IMG/VR virus record: IMGVR_UViG_2690316246_000004
Length of the DNA: 10,377 bases
Source of the DNA: a virus
Lineage: Duplodnaviria; Heunggongvirae; Uroviricota; Caudoviricetes
Strand: one strand, 5' to 3'
In this document: piece by piece, positions 1-5,926 of the stretch
Numbering within the stretch: position 1 is the stretch's first letter
Layout: the number at the start of each line of letters is the position of its first letter
The notes under the pieces: model-generated
What the model saw: the letters and a program-made list of their open reading frames with translations, nothing else
The model's database searches: none
What the model was told of the DNA's origin: nothing
Translations under genes and position numbers: made by a program

Positions 1-372
1 GAAGGAGTGTCCGTTAAACTCAGGCTACCTCAGTCTGCTGATTTGAGTCGCTACAGTGGCACGGTGGTTAACCGTCCGACGTTTTTTGCTTTTGCAAAAG
101 GCGCGGGTGTGATGGGGGAAGCGGGACCTGAAGCCATTCTGCCACTGCGTCGCGGTGCTGATGGTAAGCTGGGGGGTGTGGCGGATACTGGTGGTTCAGG
201 CATGGTGATGTTTGCCCCGCAGTACAACATTGAGATCAATAACGATGGCACGAACGGGCAGATAGGTCCGGCTGCCCTGAAGGTGGTTTATGACCTCGGG
301 AAAAAAGCGGCCGCGGACTTTATGCAACAGCAGGCCCGTGATGGTGGCCGGTTAAGTGGAGCATACCGGTAA
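1..372 (+). CDS. H: Tail tape-measure protein (lambda gpH-like), C-terminal fragment; 5' end lies outside the window
   Basis: Open frame from the window edge to TAA at 370-372, whose last base is the first base of the M start codon (TAATG). Position immediately upstream of M/L/K/I/J matches lambda gene order. Identity is from synteny and recalled similarity, not a search. Confidence 0.8.
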   Translation, partial: EGVSVKLRLPQSADLSRYSGTVVNRPTFFAFAKGAGVMGEAGPEAILPLRRGADGKLGGVADTGGSGMVMFAPQYNIEINNDGTNGQIGPAALKVVYDLGKKAAADFMQQQARDGGRLSGAYR

Positions 373-701
373 TGGAGACGTTTCACTGGAAAGTGCGCCC
401 GGATATGAATGTGGTATCAGAGCCGAAAGTGGTGACAGTGAAGCTGGGCGATGGTTATGAACAGCGTCGTGCGGCGGGACTGAATAACCAGTTGTCGACT
501 TACAGCGTGAAGATACGTGTTCGTAAAGGTGAACACCCATTTTTAAAAGCCTTTCTGGAACGGCACGGTGGCGTCCGCGCATTTCAGTGGACGCCACCTT
601 ATGACTGGAAGCCGATCAGGGTGGTTTGTCGTAAATGGTCGGCAAGCGTGGGGGCGTTGTGGGTAACCATAACGGCAGATTTTGAACAGGTCGTGGCATA
701 G
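372..701 (+). CDS. M: Minor tail protein M (lambda gpM-like), 109 aa
   Basis: ATG at 372 overlapping the H stop; length equals lambda gpM; sits between H and L as in lambda. Confidence 0.9.
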   Translation: METFHWKVRPDMNVVSEPKVVTVKLGDGYEQRRAAGLNNQLSTYSVKIRVRKGEHPFLKAFLERHGGVRAFQWTPPYDWKPIRVVCRKWSASVGALWVTITADFEQVVA

Positions 702-710
702 GAGGCTCTG

Positions 711-1409
711 ATGCAGGATATTCCACAGGAAACACATCATGAGACGACACGCCTCACTCAGTCAGCCCAGGTGGTGCTCTGGGAAATCGATCTGACAGAG
801 GTCGGTGGTGAACGTTATTTTTTCTGTAATGAGCAGAACGAAAAAGGTGAGCCGGTTACCTGGCAGGGGCGGCAGTATCAGGCATACCCCATTCAGGGGA
901 CGGGATTTGAACTGAACGGCAAGGGCAGTGCTGCCCGTCCGACACTGACGGTTTCTAACCTGCACGGAATGGTCACCGGGATGGCGGAAGACCTGCAGAG
1001 TCTGGTCGGCGGAACGGTGGTCAGGCGTAAGGTTTACGCCCGTTTTCTGGATGCGGTGAACTTCGTCAACGGAAACAGCGACGCCGATCCGGAACAGGAG
1101 GTGATCAGCCGCTGGCGCATCGAGCAGTGCAGCGAACTGAGCGCGGTCAGTGCCTCTTTTGTGCTGGCCACACCAACGGAGACGGATGGCGCGGTTTTCC
1201 CGGGGCGTATCATGCTGGCGAATACCTGTATGTGGACTTACCGTTCTGATGAGTGTGGTTACACGGGCAGGGCAGTGGCTGACGAGTTCGACAAACCAAC
1301 GACGGATATCCGGAAGGACAAATGCAGCAAGTGTATGCGCGGGTGTGAGTTGCGCAACAATACCGGTAATTTCGGCGGTTTCCTTTCCATCAATAAACTT
1401 TCTCAGTAA
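711..1409 (+). CDS. L: Minor tail protein L (lambda gpL-like), 232 aa, with C-terminal cysteine cluster
   Basis: GGAGG at 701-705 precedes ATG 711. Length equals lambda gpL. C-terminal motif C-x8-C...C-x2-C-x3-C (nt ~1227-1346) fits the Fe-S cluster-binding gpL family. Confidence 0.92.
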   Translation: MQDIPQETHHETTRLTQSAQVVLWEIDLTEVGGERYFFCNEQNEKGEPVTWQGRQYQAYPIQGTGFELNGKGSAARPTLTVSNLHGMVTGMAEDLQSLVGGTVVRRKVYARFLDAVNFVNGNSDADPEQEVISRWRIEQCSELSAVSASFVLATPTETDGAVFPGRIMLANTCMWTYRSDECGYTGRAVADEFDKPTTDIRKDKCSKCMRGCELRNNTGNFGGFLSINKLSQ

Positions 1410-1413
1410 ATCC

Positions 1414-2157
1414 ATGACACAGACAGAATCAGCGATTCTGGCGCACGCCCGGCGATGTGCGCCAGCGGAGTCGTGTGGCTTCGTGGTAAGAACGCCGGAG
1501 GGAGACAGGTATCTTCCCAGCGAGAATATCTCCGGTGAGCCGGAGGAACGGTTCCGGATGGCTCCGGAGGACTGGCTGCGGGCACAAATGCAGGGTGAGA
1601 TTGTGGCGCTGGTCCACAGTCATCCCGGTGGTCTGCCCTGGCTGAGTGAGGCTGACCGGCGGCTGCAGGTGCAGAGTGATTTGCCGTGGTGGCTGGTCTG
1701 CCGGGGGGCGATTCACAAGTTCCGCTGTGTGCCACATCTTACCGGGCGGCGCTTTGAGCACGGGGTGACGGACTGTTACACGCTGTTCCGGGATGCTTAT
1801 CATCTGGCAGGGATTGAGATGCCGGATTTTCATCGCGGGGATGACTGGTGGCGTAACGGTCAGAATCTCTATCTTGACAATATGGAGGTGACGGGTTTTT
1901 ACCGTGTCGCACTGACAGAGGCACAGCCGGGCGATGTGCTGCTGTGCTGTTTTGGTTCATCGGTGCCGAATCATGCCGCCATTTACTGCGGTGACGGCGG
2001 GCTGCTGCACCATATTCCTGAACAACTGAGCAAACGAGAGAGGTACACCGACAAATGGCAGCGACGCACACACTCCCTCTGGCGTCACCGGGCATGGCGC
2101 GCATCTGCCTTTACGGGGATTTACAACGATTTGGTCGCCGCATCGACCTTCGTGTGA
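1414..2157 (+). CDS. K: Tail tip assembly protein K (allele 1), 247 aa, JAB/MPN (JAMM) plus NlpC/P60 domains
   Basis: ATG 1414 lies 4 nt after the L stop. JAMM motif H-S-H-x7-S-x2-D (HSHPGGLPWLSEAD) at nt 1615-1656. NlpC/P60-like Cys (GVTDCYTLF, nt ~1774) and His (VPNHAAIY). The C-terminal 199 aa correspond to lambda K as I recall its classical annotation. Confidence 0.9.
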   Translation: MTQTESAILAHARRCAPAESCGFVVRTPEGDRYLPSENISGEPEERFRMAPEDWLRAQMQGEIVALVHSHPGGLPWLSEADRRLQVQSDLPWWLVCRGAIHKFRCVPHLTGRRFEHGVTDCYTLFRDAYHLAGIEMPDFHRGDDWWRNGQNLYLDNMEVTGFYRVALTEAQPGDVLLCCFGSSVPNHAAIYCGDGGLLHHIPEQLSKRERYTDKWQRRTHSLWRHRAWRASAFTGIYNDLVAASTFV

Positions 2158-2242
2158 AAACGGGGGCTGAAGCCATCCGGGCACTGGCCACACAGCTCCC
2201 GGCGTTTCGTCAGAAACTGAGTGACGGCTGGTATCAGGTGCG
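2055..2242 (+). CDS. I: Tail assembly protein I, 5' fragment (62 codons), cut off by the N-run
   Basis: Starts MAATHTLPLASPGMARICLYGDL..., identical to the starts of the complete I copies at 2822 and 4395. Overlaps the K 3' end out of frame, as in lambda. Ends at the gap. Confidence 0.75.
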
Positions 2243-2253
2243 NNNNNNNNNNN
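2243..2253. other. Run of 11 N (scaffold gap / unresolved join)
   Basis: Ns in the sequence. The flanks are discontinuous: I codon 62 upstream, mid-K downstream. Confidence 0.99.
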
Positions 2254-2924
2254 TAAGAACGCCGGAGGGGGAAAGATATTTCCCCTGCGTGAATATCTCC
2301 GGTGAGCCGGAGGCGTATTTCCGTATGTCGCCGGAAGACTGGCTGCAGGCAGAGATGCAGGGTGAGATTGTGGCGCTGGTCCACAGTCATCCCGGTGGTC
2401 TGCCCTGGCTGAGTGAGGCCGACCGGCGGCTGCAGGTGCAGAGTGATTTGCCGTGGTGGCTGGTCTGCCGGGGGGCGATTCACAAGTTCCGCTGTGTGCC
2501 ACATCTTACCGGGCGGCGCTTTGAGCACGGGGTGACGGACTGTTACACGCTGTTCCGGGATGCTTACCATCTGGCGGGGATTGAGATGCCGGATTTTCAT
2601 CGTGAGGATGACTGGTGGCGTCACGGTCAGAATCTCTATCTGGATAATCTGGAGGCCACAGGGCTGTATCAGGTGCCGTTGTCAGCGGCGCAGCCGGGCG
2701 ATGTGCTGCTGTGCTGTTTTGGTTCATCGGTGCCGAATCATGCCGCCATTTACTGTGGTGACGGCGAGCTGCTGCACCATATTCCTGAACAACTGAGCAA
2801 ACGAGAGAGGTATACCGACAAATGGCAGCGACGCACACACTCCCTCTGGCGTCACCGGGCATGGCGCGCATCTGCCTTTACGGGGATTTACAACGATTTG
2901 GTCGCCGCATCGACCTTCGTGTGA
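2254..2924 (+). CDS. K: Tail tip assembly protein K (allele 2), 5'-truncated at the gap
   Basis: Resumes at the position equivalent to nt ~1487 of K allele 1 (RTPEGERYFPCVNISGEPEAYFRMSPEDW...). Contains the same JAMM and NlpC/P60 motifs. TGA at 2922-2924. Confidence 0.8.
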
Positions 2925-3463
2925 AAACGGGGGCTGAAGCCATCCGGGCACTGGCCACACAGCTCCCGGCGTTTCGTCAGAAACTGAGTGACGGCTGGTA
3001 TCAGGTGCGCATTGCCGGGCGTGATGCAGGTGAAACCGAATTGTCTGCCCGTCTTAATGAGCCGCTGGCAAATGGTGCAGTGATCCACATAGTACCGCGT
3101 CTGGTGGGAGCTAAAAGTGGCGGTGTGTTTCAGGCGGTGCTGGGGGCGGCTGTTATGGCGGTTGCTATATGGATGCCGGGGGTAGGAATTATGGCGAGTA
3201 ATCTGCTGTTTTCTCTCGGTGCCAGTATGACGCTTGGCGGTGTTGCACAGATGCTGGCACCGAAAGCCAGAACTCCCCGTACACAGACAACGGATAACGG
3301 TAAGCAGAACACGTATTTCTCGTCACTGGATAACATGGTTGCCCAGGGCAATGTTCTGCCCGTTCTGTACGGTGAAATGCGCGTGGGGTCACGTGTGGTT
3401 TCTCAGGAGATCAGCACGGCAGACGAAGGGGATGGTGGTCAGGTTGTGGTGATTGGTCGCTGA
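2822..3463 (+). CDS. I: Tail assembly protein I (allele 2), 213 aa, ubiquitin-like N-domain ending in Gly-Gly
   Basis: Complete ORF overlapping the K 3' end by 103 nt out of frame. Diglycine at residues 100-101 (nt 3119-3124). Glycine-rich hydrophobic middle; C-terminus GEMRVGSRVVSQEISTADEGDGGQVVVIGR is shared with the allele-3 copy. Confidence 0.88.
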   Translation: MAATHTLPLASPGMARICLYGDLQRFGRRIDLRVKTGAEAIRALATQLPAFRQKLSDGWYQVRIAGRDAGETELSARLNEPLANGAVIHIVPRLVGAKSGGVFQAVLGAAVMAVAIWMPGVGIMASNLLFSLGASMTLGGVAQMLAPKARTPRTQTTDNGKQNTYFSSLDNMVAQGNVLPVLYGEMRVGSRVVSQEISTADEGDGGQVVVIGR

Positions 3464-3481
3464 TGCAAAATGTTTTATGTG

Positions 3482-3510
3482 AAACCGCCTGCGGGCGGTT
3501 TTGTCGTTTA
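3482..3510 (+). terminator. Stem-loop with U-rich tail in the I-J intergenic region (candidate weak terminator or RNA-stability hairpin)
   Basis: aaaccgcc-tgcg-ggcggttt is a perfect 8-bp stem, followed by tgtcgttt. Lies 14 nt upstream of the J start. Confidence 0.35.
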
Positions 3511-3523
3511 TGGAGCGTGAGGA

Positions 3524-3880
3524 ATGGGTAAAGGCAGCAGTAAGGGGCATACCCCGCGCGAAGCGAAGGACAACCTGAAATCCACGCAGTTGCTGAGTGT
3601 GATTGATGCCATCAGCGAAGGGCCGGTTGACGGTCCGGTGGATGGATTAAAAAGCGTGCTGCTGAACGGTACGCCGGTCCTGGACAGCGAGGGGAAGACA
3701 AACTTTTCCGGTGTTACGGTGGTGTTCCGTGCAGGTGAGCAGGAGCAGACACCGCCGGAGGGTTTTGAATCCTCCGGCTCCGAGACGGTGCTGGGTACGG
3801 AAGTGAAATATGACACGCCGATCACCCGGACCATCACGTCGGCAAACATCGACCGTCTGCGCCTGACCTTCGGTGTGCAG
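3524..3880 (+). CDS. J: Host specificity / central tail fibre protein J, 5' fragment (119 codons), cut off by a single N
   Basis: MGKGSSKGHTPREAKDNLKSTQLLSVIDAISEGPV... matches the J start seen again at 5127. Bases 3632-3880 are identical to 5927-6175. Confidence 0.8.
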
Positions 3881-3881
3881 N
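3881..3881. other. Single N marking a discontinuity (J 5' region joins directly to mid-K)
   Basis: N in the sequence. Upstream is J codon 119; downstream is K at the position equivalent to nt 2309. Confidence 0.95.
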
Positions 3882-4497
3882 GGAGGCGTATTTCCGTATG
3901 TCGCCGGAAGACTGGCTGCAGGCAGAGATGCAGGGTGAGATTGTGGCACTGGTCCACAGCCACCCCGGTGGTCTGCCCTGGCTGAGTGAGGCCGACCGGC
4001 GGCTGCAGGTGCAGAGTGATTTGCCGTGGTGGCTGGTCTGCCGGGGGGCGATTCACAAGTTCCGCTGTGTGCCACATCTTACCGGGCGGCGCTTTGAGCA
4101 CGGGGTGACGGACTGTTACACGCTGTTCCGGGATGCTTACCATCTGGCGGGGATTGAGATGCCGGATTTTCATCGTGAGGATGACTGGTGGCGTCACGGT
4201 CAGAATCTCTATCTGGATAATCTGGAGGCCACAGGGCTGTATCAGGTGCCGTTGTCAGCGGCGCAGCCGGGCGATGTGCTGCTGTGCTGTTTTGGTTCAT
4301 CGGTGCCGAATCATGCCGCCATTTACTGTGGTGACGGCGAGCTGCTGCACCATATTCCTGAACAACTGAGCAAACGAGAGAGGTATACCGACAAATGGCA
4401 GCGACGCACACACTCCCTCTGGCGTCACCGGGCATGGCACGCATCTGCCTTTACGGGGATTTGCAACGATTTGGCCGCCGCATCGACCTTCGTGTGA
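3882..4497 (+). CDS. K: Tail tip assembly protein K (allele 3), 5'-truncated at the N
   Basis: Same frame and motifs as allele 2, with synonymous nucleotide differences and a divergent C-terminus (WHASAFTGICNDLAAASTFV). The ORF-track start at 3898 is an internal Met. Confidence 0.8.
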
Positions 4498-5066
4498 AAA
4501 CGGGTGCCGAAGCCATCCGGGCGATGGCCACACAGCTCCCTGCGTTTCGTCAGAAGCTGAGCGACGGCTGGTATCAGGTGCGTATTGCCGGGCAGGATGT
4601 TAGCACGTCCGGATTAACGGCACAGTTACATGAGGCTCTGCCTGACGGCGCTGTGATTCATATTGTTCCCAGAGTCGCCGGGGCCAAGTCAGGTGGTGTA
4701 TTCCAGATTGTCCTGGGAGCAGCCGCCATTGCCGGATCATTCTTTACCGCCGGAGCCACCCTTGCAGCATGGGGGGCTGCCATTGGTGCCGGTGGTATGA
4801 CCGGCATTCTGTTTTCTCTCGGTGCCAGTATGGTGCTCGGCGGTGTGGCTCAGATGCTGGCACCGAAAGCCAGAACTCCCCGCACACAGACAACGGATAA
4901 CGGTAAGCAGAACACCTATTTCTCCTCACTGGATAACATGGTTGCCCAGGGCAATGTTATGCCTGTTCTGTATGGTGAAATGCGCGTGGGGTCACGTGTG
5001 GTATCTCAGGAGATCAGCACGGCAGACGAAGGGGACGGTGGTCAGGTTGTGGTGATTGGTCGCTGA
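4395..5066 (+). CDS. I: Tail assembly protein I (allele 3), 223 aa
   Basis: Complete ORF, same length as lambda gpI, overlapping K by 103 nt. Differs from allele 2 by a 10-residue indel in the glycine-rich hydrophobic segment. Confidence 0.9.
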   Translation: MAATHTLPLASPGMARICLYGDLQRFGRRIDLRVKTGAEAIRAMATQLPAFRQKLSDGWYQVRIAGQDVSTSGLTAQLHEALPDGAVIHIVPRVAGAKSGGVFQIVLGAAAIAGSFFTAGATLAAWGAAIGAGGMTGILFSLGASMVLGGVAQMLAPKARTPRTQTTDNGKQNTYFSSLDNMVAQGNVMPVLYGEMRVGSRVVSQEISTADEGDGGQVVVIGR

Positions 5067-5126
5067 TGCAAAATGTTTTATGTGAAATCGCCTCCGGGCG
5101 GTTTTATCGTTTATGGAGCATGACGA

Positions 5127-5915
5127 ATGGGTAAAGGCAGCAGTAAGGGGCATACCCCGCGCGAAGCGAAGGACAACCTGAAGTCCACGCAGCTGCTGAG
5201 TGTGATCGATGCCATCAGCGAAGGGCCGGTTGAAGGTCCGGTGGATGGATTAAAAAGCGTGCTGCTGAACAGTACGCCGGTGCTGGACAGTGAGGGGAAT
5301 ACCAACATCTCCGGCGTCACGGTGGTGTTCCGGGCAGGTGAGCAGGAGCAGTCACCGCCGGAGGGATTTGAATCCTCCGGCTCCGAGACGGTGCTGGGTA
5401 CGGAAGTGAAATATGACACGCCGATCACCCGGACCATCACGTCGGCAAACATTGACCGACTGCGTTTTACCTTCGGTGTACAGGCACTGGTGGAAACCAC
5501 CTCAAAGGGAGACAGGAATCCGTCTGAAGTTCGCCTGCTGGTTCAGATACAGCGTAACGGTGGCTGGGTGACGGAAAAAGACATCACCATTAAGGGCAAA
5601 ACCACTTCGCAGTATCTGGCCTCGGTGGTGGTGGGTAACCTGCCGCCGCGCCCGTTTAATATCCGGATGCGCAGGATGACACCGGACAGCACCACAGACC
5701 AGCTGCAGAACAAAACGCTCTGGTCGTCGTACACCGAAATCATCGATGTGAAACAGTGCTACCCGAACACGGCACTGGTCGGCGTACAGGTGGATTCGGA
5801 GCAGTTCGGCAGCCAGCAGGTGAGCCGTAATTATCATCTTCGCGGGCGCATTCTGCAGGTGCCGTCGAACTATAACCCGCAGACGCGGCAATACAGCGGT
5901 ATCTGGGACGGAACG
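5127..5915 (+). CDS. J: Host specificity protein J (allele 3), 5' fragment (263 codons), cut off by the N-run
   Basis: Same start as 3524, with substitutions ([17 protein letters not shown] versus [17 protein letters not shown]). Ends at the gap at a position equivalent to nt 6605 of the downstream J. Confidence 0.85.
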
Positions 5916-5926
5916 NNNNNNNNNNN
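5916..5926. other. Run of 11 N (scaffold gap / unresolved join)
   Basis: Ns in the sequence. Upstream is J codon 263; downstream restarts at J codon ~37. Confidence 0.99.

Larger units (their letters stand above)
1487..3009 (+). repeat. Paralogous K-I segments across gap 1; 1487-2242 corresponds to 2254-3009, identical over the last ~200 bp and divergent in the K 5' half
   Basis: By-eye alignment: 2044-2242 equals 2811-3009; one C/T difference at 2026/2793; strongly divergent around 1500-1560 versus 2267-2327. Confidence 0.8.

Noticed and set aside
762-1415. 217-aa minus-strand ORF antisense to L, plus similar antisense ORFs at 1429-1833, 1957-2502, 2121-2624, 3508-4197 and 5502-5996
   Set aside because: Antisense artefacts of the GC-rich K/L/J coding regions. 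The recurring MAHSGTCESPPGRP... and MTPPVILTMKIRHLNP... proteins simply reflect the repeated K copies.
2055-2924. 289-aa ORF that looks like an I-K fusion protein
   Set aside because: The frame runs through the 11-N gap (the XXXXX in the translation). It joins the I 5' fragment to a K 3' fragment from a different segment.
3524-3985. 153-aa ORF joining the J N-terminus to K-derived sequence
   Set aside because: It reads across the single N at 3881 into an out-of-frame portion of K. This is an assembly artefact, not a gene.
3898-4497. 199-aa K ORF starting at MSPEDW as the full K gene
   Set aside because: This is an internal Met. Here the upstream part of K is simply missing at the N at 3881, and the intact copy at 1414 shows the frame open for a further 48 codons.
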